A stretch of DNA of 64,000 nt from Candidatus Bathyarchaeota archaeon (GTDB taxonomy: Archaea > Thermoproteota > Bathyarchaeia > Bathyarchaeales > Bathycorpusculaceae), in contig CAWFFH010000003.1 of assembly GCA_963815095.1 (NCBI GenBank), positions 128,001 to 192,000 of the forward strand, in the 5' to 3' direction. This document shows positions 20,116-30,527 of this stretch, piece by piece; positions within the stretch are counted from its first letter, which is position 1; every line of letters starts with the position of its first letter. The position numbers were made by a program, and so were the translations under genes. A model generated the notes under the pieces. It was not told where the DNA came from, did no database searches, and saw nothing but the letters and a program-made list of their open reading frames with translations.

Positions 20116-20913
20116 CTATCCGAATTCTCCTGTTATGTATTTTTCCGTTAATGGATTTTTGGGAGATTCAAAAATATCACGGGTTGGCGCAAACTCGATT
20201 AACGATCCAAGATACATGAAAGCCGTGTAATCTGACACTCGGGACGCTTGCTGCATGTTATGAGTTACAATAACAACTGTGTAATCACGTTTAAGCTCAA
20301 CCACTAACCGCTCAATCTTAGCAGTCGCAATCGGATCCAAAGCCGAGCATGGCTCATCCATCAATATAACTTCAGGCTCCAACGCGATAGCCCTCGCAAT
20401 ACATAACCGCTGCTGTTGACCACCAGAAATGCTTGTGCCAGGCTTCTTCAAGTCATCTTTGACTTCATCCCAAAGCGTCGCCCGCTCCAAACTTCTCCTG
20501 ACTACTTCGTCAAGGTTCTTGCCTTTCTTAGTACCAGTCAGCTTTAAGCCAGCGGCGACGTTGTCGTAGATGGACATCGTTGGGAAGGGGTTGGGTTTTT
20601 GGAAAACCATGCCGACTCTTCGGCGCACCTGCACGGGGTCAACTTGTTTGTCGTAGATGTTTTGGCCATCCAGCAGTATTTGCCCTGTCATTTTAGCGGT
20701 TGGTGTAAGTTCGTGCATTCGGTTTAGGCAGCGGATGAATGTGGATTTGCCGCATCCGGAGGGTCCAATTATGGCTGTTACAGCGTTGGCTTTGATGTTG
20801 ATGTTAACGTTTTTTAATGCTTGTTTTGCGCCAAACCAGGCGTTCAAGTCTATACTCTGCATTTTCATTTCTGCGTCAGCAGCTTTTGTTTGAGTACTAT
20901 TTGTTGTTGTCAT
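20116..20913 (-). CDS. pstB: phosphate ABC transporter ATP-binding protein
   Basis: [30 protein letters not shown] and DEPCSALDP. Confidence 0.97.
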   Translation of the reverse strand: MTTTNSTQTKAADAEMKMQSIDLNAWFGAKQALKNVNINIKANAVTAIIGPSGCGKSTFIRCLNRMHELTPTAKMTGQILLDGQNIYDKQVDPVQVRRRVGMVFQKPNPFPTMSIYDNVAAGLKLTGTKKGKNLDEVVRRSLERATLWDEVKDDLKKPGTSISGGQQQRLCIARAIALEPEVILMDEPCSALDPIATAKIERLVVELKRDYTVVIVTHNMQQASRVSDYTAFMYLGSLIEFAPTRDIFESPKNPLTEKYITGEFG

Positions 20914-21740
20914 CTTTTGTTTCTACCTCTGGTTGCTAATCTAACTATGATGTTTAGGCTCAGCACCATCAAAATCAGGACTAATGCTGCTCCCCAACCC
21001 TGGGCCACCAAACTGGCTTGTGGTTGGAGGGAGTCGCGCCAGATTTCAAGGGGCAAAGCTGCCATCGGTTGGTTTAAGCCTTGGAAGAAATATCGGTTTC
21101 CCAATATGGTCATGATTAAGGGTGCGGTTTCTCCTGCGATTCGCGCAACAGCGAGGAGCGTGCCTGTTAATAATCCTGCTTTGGCTGTGGGCAAAACAAC
21201 GCTAAGGGTGGTTCGCCACTTGTGCGCTCCAAGAGCAAGAGATGCTTCGCGGACGCTGTTGGGTACGAGTTTCAGCGATTCTTCGGTTGTTCGGGCTACG
21301 ATTGGGATTAGGATGAATGAGAGAGCTATAGCTCCGGCAATAGCCGAGTAGTGCCCGATGAGGGCAATGACTATTACGCCGTAAGCAGTGATTCCCACCA
21401 CGATAGATGGAAACTCTGTTAAAACGTCGTTGATTGAACGCATTACGGAAGCGTACTTGTTGTTACCAAACTCAGCCAAGTAAATGCCCGATAGTATTCC
21501 AACCGGGATGCCGAAGAGACTTGTTAAACCAATCAATATGAGCGTACCCTGAATGGCTGGTCCAATACCGCGTTCAGAATTGCTGTTGACCAAAAATCCA
21601 ATACTAAGCTGAGGCGCACCCCTTACGATAACCTCCCATAGAATACTTAGGAGCGGAGTAACCGCCAAAACAACGCAGACAGCGCACAAAACGAAGAACA
21701 AGCGGTTCTTAAATTTTCTAAAGGCATAATTGGAGATTAT
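20910..21740 (-). CDS. pstA: phosphate ABC transporter permease PstA
   Basis: [22 protein letters not shown] and ARIAGETAP. Track start is 21701; the frame stays open to an ATA at 21740 overlapping the pstC stop. Confidence 0.93.
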   Translation of the reverse strand: MISNYAFRKFKNRLFFVLCAVCVVLAVTPLLSILWEVIVRGAPQLSIGFLVNSNSERGIGPAIQGTLILIGLTSLFGIPVGILSGIYLAEFGNNKYASVMRSINDVLTEFPSIVVGITAYGVIVIALIGHYSAIAGAIALSFILIPIVARTTEESLKLVPNSVREASLALGAHKWRTTLSVVLPTAKAGLLTGTLLAVARIAGETAPLIMTILGNRYFFQGLNQPMAALPLEIWRDSLQPQASLVAQGWGAALVLILMVLSLNIIVRLATRGRNKR

Positions 21741-22726
21741 TCGATTGCGCCCCCCTTTACCTTCAACACACGATGTACCAGAACTCCTGCACCAATGTTG
21801 ATGAGCAAGCTAACTATAAGCAGGATTAAACCGACACCAATGTAAGCTGAAACCTGCAAAGAACCTGTCGCCTCTAGAAAACCGTTGGCGATGAGCGAAG
21901 CCATCGTTTGGCCAGGTTGAAAAAGCGATACCGGCATGGCTGCTGGACCCGTCTGGTTGCCGATGAGCATTGCAACGGCCATGGTTTCGCCTACTGCCCT
22001 GCCCAAACCCAGTATTACTGCTCCGAAGATTCCTGACCGCCCGTAATTGATTACCCAATGGCGGATGACTTCCCATTTGGTTGCTCCGATGCTGTAGGCG
22101 CCCTCTCGGATGCTGTTGGGCACTGCGCCTATAACTTCTTTAGAAATCGAAGCCACAGTGGGAATAATCATGATAGCGAGTATGATTCCTGCAGTGAAAA
22201 TATCCAAGCCGATTGGAGTTCCTTTGAAAATAGGAATCCAGCCAAGGTATGTTGACAGGGGTTTTTCTATGTAATCTGCGATCCAATAGTGAAAGACGAA
22301 CAAACCCCATAGGCCGTAGATTACGCTTGGTACAGCCGCCAACAACTCAACCAAGTAACCAATGGGCACCCGAAGCGTTCGCGGCGACATCTCTACAAGG
22401 AAAACCGCGATGCCCAAACTCAAAGGCACCCCGATTAAAAGCGCAATGCCTGAAGTGACAAGTGTGCCCATCACATATGGGAGTGCAGCGTAGACTTCTC
22501 TGCCCTCAACGGGGTTCCATGCGCTGCCGAAGAAAAAGTTTGCACCAAACTTTTGTATTACAGGTCCAGAGCCTGTTGCTAGAACGTAAGTTGTTATGAA
22601 TAGAATAACTACAGCTGAAGCTGCCACGATAGCGGCTAAATTCTTGAATATGAAGTCGCCTGTTAACTTTGATTTTATTTTTGTAAAAAACATTTGGAGG
22701 TGGGGCTGTTTCAGAGCGTTATCCAC
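21737..22726 (-). CDS. pstC: phosphate ABC transporter permease PstC
   Basis: ELLAAVPSVIYGLWG and GLGRAVGETMAV. Confidence 0.95.
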   Translation of the reverse strand: MDNALKQPHLQMFFTKIKSKLTGDFIFKNLAAIVAASAVVILFITTYVLATGSGPVIQKFGANFFFGSAWNPVEGREVYAALPYVMGTLVTSGIALLIGVPLSLGIAVFLVEMSPRTLRVPIGYLVELLAAVPSVIYGLWGLFVFHYWIADYIEKPLSTYLGWIPIFKGTPIGLDIFTAGIILAIMIIPTVASISKEVIGAVPNSIREGAYSIGATKWEVIRHWVINYGRSGIFGAVILGLGRAVGETMAVAMLIGNQTGPAAMPVSLFQPGQTMASLIANGFLEATGSLQVSAYIGVGLILLIVSLLINIGAGVLVHRVLKVKGGAIE

Positions 22727-22727
22727 C

Positions 22728-23843
22728 TTAAGTTGTTGCTAGGGTCTGTCCGTTGAAAGTAATGGATTTTATTGTTGTTTCATCAATTTGCACAACATTG
22801 GAGGGCAATTTTGCGTATGATAGTCCAGGGGCAAATTGTTGTCCATCATGCACAACATACCAAAGGAACTGAACGAGTGCTTCCGCTTTATTTTGGTTCA
22901 TATCTGAGAGCACGTTGAGTTCTTTGTAGACGATGAGGTACGTGAAGCTGACGATTGGGTAAGCCTTTGCGTCGGGGGTGTTGAGAAGACTGACATTAGT
23001 CCAACCTTCGCTGCCTGCTGGCAAACCACTCGAAGCGCCCGATTGAACTGCAACAGTAGTTGAATCAAGACTTGGCAAAATCCAGTTTCCTGAGGGGTTT
23101 TGTACGGCAGCTATTGTCATGCTATTCTCAAGCACATATGCTAATTCGACGTAACCGATAGAGTAGGGGTTTCCTTGTACTGTTGACGCAACGCCTGTAT
23201 TGCCACTTGAGCCTGAGCCAACTGGCCACGCCACTGATTTGCTGGATCCGATTGAGCTGTTCCATGCGGGGCTTGAAACGCTGAGATAACTGGTGAAGAT
23301 GAAGGTTGTTCCTGACCCGTCAGAGCGGTGAACGGTATTGATTGTTTGTGCTGGGAGGGTGACGTTTTGGTTGAGGTTTTGGATGGATGGGTCATTCCAT
23401 TTGGTTATGGTTCCTTGGAAAATGTCCGCGATTATTTTGCCAGTTAAGTGTAGACCAGAAGAAACGCCGGGTAGATTGTAAGCGACGGTTACTGCACCTA
23501 TGGTTTCTGGAATGTGCAGAGCGTTGGGTATGTTGGCGGCGTCAGATGCAGTGAGAGGTGCGTCTGAGGCTGCAAAATCCACGGTTGCTTGCGATTGCTT
23601 GTAAGCAGATATTCCTCCTCCGCTGCCGATGGGTTGATAGTTTACTTGGACGCTGGGTTTAACGTTTGTTGAGTAATTGCTTATTATAGAATTAAGCAGT
23701 GGATAGGGGAATGTTGCGCCGGCGCCCTGCAGATTGATTGTTTGGACGGCTCCAGGTTGTGAGAGGTAAACATATGCTGCTACTGAGCCGAGAAGTATTG
23801 CGATTGCGACTATTGCGGTTACAACGAGATATTTAGTGTTCAT
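22728..23843 (-). CDS. pstS: phosphate ABC transporter substrate-binding protein (membrane-anchored)
   Basis: GAGATFPYP, GSGGG, DFAASD and HRSDGSGTT; probable start MNTKYL at 23843 before the N-terminal TM. Confidence 0.95.
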   Translation of the reverse strand: MNTKYLVVTAIVAIAILLGSVAAYVYLSQPGAVQTINLQGAGATFPYPLLNSIISNYSTNVKPSVQVNYQPIGSGGGISAYKQSQATVDFAASDAPLTASDAANIPNALHIPETIGAVTVAYNLPGVSSGLHLTGKIIADIFQGTITKWNDPSIQNLNQNVTLPAQTINTVHRSDGSGTTFIFTSYLSVSSPAWNSSIGSSKSVAWPVGSGSSGNTGVASTVQGNPYSIGYVELAYVLENSMTIAAVQNPSGNWILPSLDSTTVAVQSGASSGLPAGSEGWTNVSLLNTPDAKAYPIVSFTYLIVYKELNVLSDMNQNKAEALVQFLWYVVHDGQQFAPGLSYAKLPSNVVQIDETTIKSITFNGQTLATT

Positions 23844-23962
23844 ATTTTCATTCCTCGTGTTTGTATAATTACAAAAGCGCGTGTTGTTATATAGTAAATC
23901 TACATAATATTTATAGTCTATATAGACATACCTAATATAATGACTTCCCATAGAGAGAGTAA

Positions 23963-25024
23963 TTGATGTCAAGCGTCACAAAAGAAACAGAAAATCCAAG
24001 TGGAGAACAACGCAAACTCCAAGTTACTGGCGGATCAACTTTCATACTTTCTCTGCCCAAAGACTGGGCTACCAAGAACGAGCTCAAACGTGGAAGTTCC
24101 ATGGTGGTCCGCGAAGAAGAAGATGGATCCCTCTCAATCGCACCTGCTAATTTTCCGAAAAAAGAAAAACAAGACGAAGCCTACATCAAAGCCTCATTAA
24201 ACGACAACCCCGACGCCGTCATGCGAACCGCAATCTCCGCATATCTTAGCGGCTACAACGTACTACACATTAGAGCTCAAGGGCAAAAAGTGCTTTCCTC
24301 AAAACTACGAAACCACCTCAAAACCTTCGCCAGGCATTACCTCGTCGGAACAGAAATCGTCATCGACACCCCAATTGAACTCACCTTGCAGGTTTTACTC
24401 AACTATCCAGAACTCACAGTTCAAAACGCGTTAAGCCGCATGTCAATTATTGGATCTTCTATGCACCGGGAGGCCATTACAGCATTAAAAAAACTTGATT
24501 ATGCCAGCGCCAAAGCCGTGATAGAAACTGACCGTGAAGTAAACCGCTTCAGTCTCTACATCGTGAGGTTGTTGAAGTTGGCTGTTTCGAATCAGCGCAT
24601 AGTTAAAGACATCGGCTTAACCAGCCAAAAAGAATGCTTAGGCTATAGACTTATCGCCAGAGCCGTTGAGAGAACAGCCGACCACGCGACTAAAATTGCA
24701 GAAAACACTTTGCTGCTTAAAGACCCTGTAAACGATGAGATTTTAGATAGAATAAGTCAGCTTAGTGATTTGGCTATTTCGATGTTTGAAACTTCCATGG
24801 AAGCGTTGTTTAAACATGATTTTAACCTGGCCGAGACCGTCATCGAAAAACTAAGTCAAGTGCATAAACTTGAGAAGGAAACCGTTCTGTACTCTCACAA
24901 CGCCAAGATTGAAGAAATCGTTAATTTGAGATTGATAATTGAGAGTGTTAGGCGAACGGCGGAGTATGCTACGGACATTTCTGAAGTTGTGCTTAACCTA
25001 AATGTTGAATCGGTTCTGAGTTAA
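23963..25024 (+). CDS. AbrB-PhoU phosphate uptake regulator
   Basis: N-terminal RKLQVTGGSTFILSLPKDW (AbrB-like) plus two PhoU repeats (ERTADHA, RRTAEYA); divergent from pstS. Confidence 0.9.
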   Translation: MMSSVTKETENPSGEQRKLQVTGGSTFILSLPKDWATKNELKRGSSMVVREEEDGSLSIAPANFPKKEKQDEAYIKASLNDNPDAVMRTAISAYLSGYNVLHIRAQGQKVLSSKLRNHLKTFARHYLVGTEIVIDTPIELTLQVLLNYPELTVQNALSRMSIIGSSMHREAITALKKLDYASAKAVIETDREVNRFSLYIVRLLKLAVSNQRIVKDIGLTSQKECLGYRLIARAVERTADHATKIAENTLLLKDPVNDEILDRISQLSDLAISMFETSMEALFKHDFNLAETVIEKLSQVHKLEKETVLYSHNAKIEEIVNLRLIIESVRRTAEYATDISEVVLNLNVESVLS

Positions 25025-25235
25025 TAATTTCTTTTTTCCTTTTCTTAGCTACGATTTGATTGATTTATTATTTCAACATTTTAAGGGTTGAAAAAGCCAT
25101 TTCCCACCTACCCCTCTATAGTTTCTGCATGGATCAGCTATCAGGATCCAAATGATCAAACAGACAAAACAACTTGGGATGGTTAAGAACTTAAGCTAAT
25201 AATTCTAAAAAAATAAAAAGTTGGGGTAGATTATT

Positions 25236-26495
25236 TTAGCTCGTGTAGACTACAGCGCCGTTGAAGGTTATCGACTTGATGGTTGTTTCATCGATGCTGA
25301 TGACGTTTGCTGGTAGTGAGGCGTAGGATAATGCGGGTGCTTGATCTTGACCATTGTGTACCACATACCAGAGCCATTGAACGAGTGCGGTTGCATCGTT
25401 TTGACTTAAGCCGGGTATCACGTTTAGTTCTTTGTAGACAATTATGTAGCTGAAGCTTACGATAGGGTACGCGTTTGCTTCGGGTGCGTTGAGGATGTTT
25501 ACGCTTGTCCAGCTTGCGCTGCCTGCTGGTAACCCTGCTGAAGCGACTGATTGGGCTGCTACTGTCGTGGTGGCGAGTGATGGAATAATCCAGTTTCCGG
25601 CTGGGTTCTGAACTGCTGCGACTGTCATGCTGTTTTGTACTGTGTAAGCTAATTCGACGTAGCCGATGGTGTATGGTTGACCTTGAACCAACGTTGCAAC
25701 GCCGGTGTTGCCGTTAGAGGCATATCCTACTGGCCACGATACTGATTTGCTTTGTCCGATTGCTGTGCTCCATGCGGTGCTTGAGGCAGTAAGGTACCCT
25801 GTGAAGACGAAGGTTGTTCCAGAGCTGTCTGAGCGGTGTACTGTTATTATTGATTTTGCTGGAAGGGTTACAGTTGGGTTTAAGGCTGTTATTGCGGGAT
25901 CGTTCCACATTGTTATAGTTCCTTGGTAGATGTCTGCGATTATTTTGCCAGTTAAGTGTAAGCCTGTTGCTACTCCAGGCAGGTTGTAGGCTACGGTTAC
26001 TGCGCCGATGGTTTCTGGAATGTGTAGAGCATTAGGTATGTTAGCTGCATCTGAAGCGCTTAAGGGTGCATCTGAGGCTCCGAAGTCAACCGTTTTTTGA
26101 GTTAATGCGGTGATTCCGCCGCCGCTGCCGATTGATTGGTAGTTTACTTGTATGTTGGGGTTGGTATGGGTGTAGTTGATAATCATTGCATTAAGCAGTG
26201 GGTAGGGGAATGTTGCTCCTGCACCTGTCAATGATGCGGGTACAGGTGTTGGCGTTGGGCTGGGTGACGATGTTGGGGTCGGTGAAGTTGTCGGGTGAGC
26301 GGTTGGGCTTGCAGTAGTCGATGTTGTTGGTACTGCAGTTGGGCTAGCGATTGGTGAAGCGGTAGGCGTTGGGGTTGGTGTGGGCGCGGTTGAATTTGAG
26401 CCCATGTAAGCGTATGCTGCTACTGAGCCGATTATTATGGCGATTACAACTATTGCTATTGCGATTGAATATGTTGCTTTCATATTTTTTCCCAT
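25236..26495 (-). CDS. pstS: second PstS with Thr/Pro-rich linker
   Basis: Same PstS motifs; PTPTPTPTASP... linker after the N-terminal TM. Confidence 0.95.
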   Translation of the reverse strand: MGKNMKATYSIAIAIVVIAIIIGSVAAYAYMGSNSTAPTPTPTPTASPIASPTAVPTTSTTASPTAHPTTSPTPTSSPSPTPTPVPASLTGAGATFPYPLLNAMIINYTHTNPNIQVNYQSIGSGGGITALTQKTVDFGASDAPLSASDAANIPNALHIPETIGAVTVAYNLPGVATGLHLTGKIIADIYQGTITMWNDPAITALNPTVTLPAKSIITVHRSDSSGTTFVFTGYLTASSTAWSTAIGQSKSVSWPVGYASNGNTGVATLVQGQPYTIGYVELAYTVQNSMTVAAVQNPAGNWIIPSLATTTVAAQSVASAGLPAGSASWTSVNILNAPEANAYPIVSFSYIIVYKELNVIPGLSQNDATALVQWLWYVVHNGQDQAPALSYASLPANVISIDETTIKSITFNGAVVYTS

Positions 26496-26692
26496 TTGGG
26501 TTTATAGAAAACTGGGTAATATAGTCGCCCAACATAGATTACAAAAGCAATATAGTTCACAATAGTTCAATATATAATAAATATAAAAGTGAAATTAATG
26601 AATCAAAATAAAATTAAATTACAAATTTATGATAAATATAGAAAACAAAAAAACTCTCAGTTTTAAGGGAACATACAGGCAAACGTGCCAAA

Positions 26693-26893
26693 TCATTGAA
26701 ACGCTTGTATGAAGCAAACAACTTCAGGACTTTGATTTATACTCGCACTGTCAATTAGGTGTGCTGTACCATCAGGACAGTAGACTTTGTCACCTTTATG
26801 GGCTTTTTGATACCGTTTGCTGCATTCTTTAAGTTTGGAGCAGCCATCACAATCTCTTGATAACATTCTTCTTTTCACCTCTACTTTATTCAA
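26693..26893 (-). CDS. small Cys-rich hypothetical protein
   Basis: CDGC-x5-C...YCPDGTAH. Confidence 0.55.
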   Translation of the reverse strand: MNKVEVKRRMLSRDCDGCSKLKECSKRYQKAHKGDKVYCPDGTAHLIDSASINQSPEVVCFIQAFQ

Positions 26894-27028
26894 GACTTAA
26901 CATACCCAAAGTCACCTATAGAGATGACCACTATAATCTATATATAACAAATAGAACCAACCAATAAAAACTACTAAAAAGTACGAGAACATTTAAGAAA
27001 CAAAGAAAACACTCAACCTAAGACAGCA

Positions 27029-27685
27029 ATGAACCAGAAAAGATGGAAAGCAAAAGGCATTTTTTTGGATTTAGACGGCACCTTAGTAGACTCCTCAGGA
27101 GCTTACATCGAAGCTGCCAGAATTGCCTTCCAAGTCACAAGGAAAAAAATGCCTGAAACCAAAATTCTCCTTGAAATTCCAAAAAGACTAGAGCAACACA
27201 TACCAATCGACGACCTAACCAATGGGGATACAAAAGAGTTCATGAAAGTATACTTGAAAGCATACTATTCTGTTACTGAAGCAAAAACTACGCTTATGCC
27301 CAACGTTTCAGCAACGCTAAAATCCCTTTCGGGAAAGGCTAAACTGGCTTTGATAACAATGCGTCATTGTCCAAACCAAGTTATCGTCAAAGAATTGGAT
27401 TATTTTGGAATTGCAAAATACTTCACCCACATCGTAACCGCCATGGACACCGCTAAACCTAAGCCATCACCTGAAGCATTAATCCAATGCGTCGAAAAAT
27501 TAGACCTTGAAATGTGCGACTGCATCATTGCCGGAGACTCAGTTAATGACGTGCGGGCGGGGAAATCGGCGGGTGCAAGAACTGTTGCATTGCTTTCAGG
27601 GCTCTATCTACGTGACGAACTTGCGAAAGAATGCCCAGATTTGATATTGCCCAATGTTAGTTTACTGCCAGAGTTCATTGAATAA
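27029..27685 (+). CDS. HAD-family hydrolase (Gph/PpaX-like)
   Basis: DLDGTLVDS, KPSPE and GDSVND. Confidence 0.92.
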   Translation: MNQKRWKAKGIFLDLDGTLVDSSGAYIEAARIAFQVTRKKMPETKILLEIPKRLEQHIPIDDLTNGDTKEFMKVYLKAYYSVTEAKTTLMPNVSATLKSLSGKAKLALITMRHCPNQVIVKELDYFGIAKYFTHIVTAMDTAKPKPSPEALIQCVEKLDLEMCDCIIAGDSVNDVRAGKSAGARTVALLSGLYLRDELAKECPDLILPNVSLLPEFIE

Positions 27686-27784
27686 ACCTCTTTTGGTATA
27701 TCAGAACTCATAATATTGCTATAATCCGCCTAGTCAGTTATATGCCTTAGAAAAAATAAGGTTTAATTAAAACCTCAATCCTAA

Positions 27785-28432
27785 GTGAATATGGAGAAGG
27801 CTTCAGCGGGAATGATAATGAACTTTGTAGAGATTATGCTAGGGGAGAAATTGAAGGATGCAGATCCAGCTCTAGATATAATGGGCTCGGACCGTAAAGT
27901 TTTGCAAGTAGCTTGTCAAGACTTCACCAACTACCTAAAGTTCCATTGGAACCTAATCGGAAAAGAAGCAAACCAATGCGAACTAGTAGAGAGGCTGGAG
28001 AAGCTCTTCAAAGAAGACACAGCAGAACTAGAGGCATTTCTAACTGTTTGGACAGGCATTTGGTTTAAGAAATGGAAAGAACGCGTTAAACTGCTCATCG
28101 GCAACCAGAACGCTAACAAATGGAACAAAATGTCAAAAACGCTAACAGACGCCGAACCACTATGGCGAAAAATCGAGCATAAACAAGAACTCCAAGAAGT
28201 TGTAATTGCTACACTTATAAAGAACGGCGAAGTTTGCGGCACCGAAATCTTAGCGGAAAACCTCTTAAAAATGGAACTTGGAGAAAAGAACCTTCAAAAC
28301 GTCAACGACAAAGACAGACTCTTCACCACACTAAACAATTCGTTGCGTAAAGCTCGAGAAATGGCGCAGAGCAAGGGTCCATTAATCTTCGTTAAAGTCG
28401 ACAAAGGCTACTATAACGCACTAAACGAATAA
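27785..28432 (+). CDS. hypothetical protein
   Basis: 215-aa helical ORF with genome-typical codon use; no motif recognised. Confidence 0.75.
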   Translation: MNMEKASAGMIMNFVEIMLGEKLKDADPALDIMGSDRKVLQVACQDFTNYLKFHWNLIGKEANQCELVERLEKLFKEDTAELEAFLTVWTGIWFKKWKERVKLLIGNQNANKWNKMSKTLTDAEPLWRKIEHKQELQEVVIATLIKNGEVCGTEILAENLLKMELGEKNLQNVNDKDRLFTTLNNSLRKAREMAQSKGPLIFVKVDKGYYNALNE

Positions 28433-28642
28433 ACCATTAAATTTTTCTTTCTTATTTTTGTAAATTTTTATTTGAGTAAACCTTGCACAATTTTATTCGT
28501 AATTGAGCACTTAAAAGGTAGCACTCTGCTTAACCAGCAATGCTTTCAGTAAATGTTTTTCAGCAAAATCTAACTTTGTTACTAAATAAATAGAGAATAT
28601 ATTTTAGGTTAAAAATTTTAAAAACAAAGATAACGGGCGAGT

Positions 28643-28831
28643 TTAGCAGATTCTTTGTCTTTGAAGAGTCTTAGTTCGCCACTTGTATCGTCTGATGGTC
28701 GCTTGTTCGCCAAAACCGCAAGCCGCACAACGTTTATGTCGTACGTGATACGCACGCCTGCCGCAACGTCTACACATAATGTGGACAGTTTTGCCCTGGC
28801 GCTTGCCCATTGATGGAGTTCCTTTTCCCAT
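28643..28831 (-). CDS. rpl37e: 50S ribosomal protein L37e
   Basis: [11 protein letters not shown]...CRRCG...CAACGF; follows lsm. Confidence 0.97.
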   Translation of the reverse strand: MGKGTPSMGKRQGKTVHIMCRRCGRRAYHVRHKRCAACGFGEQATIRRYKWRTKTLQRQRIC

Positions 28832-28836
28832 TCAAC

Positions 28837-29064
28837 TCACCTTGGTGGCGGTGAAATAAGGACTACGTTGTCTCCGCGGACAATAATGAGTCCCAGTTTC
28901 TTTTGATCTTCAACTACAGTAGTGTCTTCTGTTTCTTCTAAAACTAAGTTTAAGTGCTGATCGAAACCCTTCAGTCTTCCTCTGAGGCTTTTGCCGCCTT
29001 TTAAGCGTACAAGTACGATTTTGCTGAGATTTTGTTCAAGGATTTCGGTTGTCATTTCGCTCAT
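28837..29064 (-). CDS. lsm: Sm-like (Lsm/SmAP1) RNA-binding protein
   Basis: GRLKGFDQHLNLVL and IVRGDNVVLISP. Confidence 0.95.
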   Translation of the reverse strand: MSEMTTEILEQNLSKIVLVRLKGGKSLRGRLKGFDQHLNLVLEETEDTTVVEDQKKLGLIIVRGDNVVLISPPPR

Positions 29065-29273
29065 TTTGGAATCCTCATGTATCTTTATGTCTTCTATACT
29101 TGAACTCTCCCCATTTAAACCTATCTAAGGTGCTATATTGATTAAGTGTGTCACCTAGTTGGTCCAAGCTTCAGGGGGTTTGGGGTGGATTGATGCTTGC
29201 ACTTATAAGGTTGAGAGGTACTCATTTTTGGATAAGTAAACGGGAACCTTAACACTTCATTGAGGAAGGACCA

Positions 29274-29966
29274 GTGCAGAACAAGCTAAAAAAAAACCGA
29301 GCCGCCATACTAATCGTTGCAATAATCGCTATTGCCCTAGTTGCCGCTGTACTGATTTTTCTAAATTCCCAAAACGCCTATGTACTTTTGTTTGCGGTTG
29401 CCTTCGGATTAAACCTCATTCCGTTCGCAGGACCCTCAAATCTTCTTATCGCATCTTCAGCTGCCGTCGCATTAGTAAATCCTGGGCTTGGAGAACTGTT
29501 TTTCATAGGCTTGATAATCGCTACTGCATCGGCGTTAGCTAAAGGCATCCACTACATGATCACATTCTTTGTCAGCGGCCACTTAAGCGAGAAAAGGCAA
29601 GCACGGCTCGATGCTGACGGAGCAAAAGTTAAGCGCTGGGCATTCCCCCTACTCTTCATTGCAGCGGCAACACCTATCCCTGATGAACCTGTGGTTATTC
29701 CGCTTGGACTCATGAAGTACAGCCCCGCCAAGTTTTTTTCCGCTTACTTTTTAGGAAAACTCGCAATTACCATTCCAGGCGCGCTTCTGGGGAATTTGGC
29801 AGGTGACGTATTTTCAGCTTACCTAAGCCCAATTGCAATGGTTATAATCTCCATCGTATTAACCGTCGTCATAACAGTTATCCTGCTCAAAGTCGATGTT
29901 GGCAAGATTGCAGAGAAATACCTCAAAAATAGACAGGATCAAAAGAAGCAAACCGAGAAAAACTAA
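29274..29966 (+). CDS. VTT/DedA-family membrane protein
   Basis: FIAAATPIPDE...PLGLMKY...FF...FLGK. Confidence 0.8.
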   Translation: MQNKLKKNRAAILIVAIIAIALVAAVLIFLNSQNAYVLLFAVAFGLNLIPFAGPSNLLIASSAAVALVNPGLGELFFIGLIIATASALAKGIHYMITFFVSGHLSEKRQARLDADGAKVKRWAFPLLFIAAATPIPDEPVVIPLGLMKYSPAKFFSAYFLGKLAITIPGALLGNLAGDVFSAYLSPIAMVIISIVLTVVITVILLKVDVGKIAEKYLKNRQDQKKQTEKN

Positions 29967-30000
29967 ATAGCCAGCAAGAACCAAGTACTGAAGGTTAAAC

Positions 30001-30489
30001 ATGCCCACGCAACGCAGATACCCCCTTAAAGCCAAAGAAGCGAAACAAATAGTTGAGGAAGCCTCAAAAAAACTAAAGCTTGAATTAGAAGTTAAAGCTA
30101 ACGTTGAAGTCGTGGAATCCGACGTCGGCGAAATTTACCTTATCGAAGGAAAACCAATCCTCTACAAGTCAGGCGACAAAATCTTGCCAACATTACTTTT
30201 CACGGAGTTCACGGCTAAAGCCCCAAAAATTGTGGTTGATATGGGCGCCATTCCCTACGTGTGCAAAGGCGCAACAGTTATGGCTCCGGGCATCGTGCGC
30301 ATCGAAGGCGCATTCGGCAAAAACGACCTTGTTCTCATCGTGGACATGAAGCATGGCAAATCCTTAGCGATTGGCGAAAGTCTTCTTGATTACGAAACCG
30401 CCAAACAGACTAAGAAAGGACCTGTCGTTAAAACGCTACATTATGTAAGTGACAAAATCTGGGACTACATAAAAACTCTAGCCGAATAA
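30001..30489 (+). CDS. PUA-domain RNA-binding protein (MCT-1/Tma20-like)
   Basis: VVDMGAIPYVCKGATVMAPGI and HYVSDKIW. Confidence 0.9.
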   Translation: MPTQRRYPLKAKEAKQIVEEASKKLKLELEVKANVEVVESDVGEIYLIEGKPILYKSGDKILPTLLFTEFTAKAPKIVVDMGAIPYVCKGATVMAPGIVRIEGAFGKNDLVLIVDMKHGKSLAIGESLLDYETAKQTKKGPVVKTLHYVSDKIWDYIKTLAE

Positions 30490-30527
30490 CCTATGCTTAT
30501 TAATGTCTAATTGTTAATTTTTCGGTT

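Noticed and set aside
23844-23972. N-terminal extension of pstS in the ORF track (similarly for dys, atpI and atpF)
   Set aside because: It crosses the AT-rich divergent promoter; the downstream Met fits the family N-terminus better.
26240-26390. Repetitive GTTGG-rich DNA as a repeat array or CRISPR
   Set aside because: It encodes the Thr/Pro linker of PstS; there is no repeat-spacer structure.
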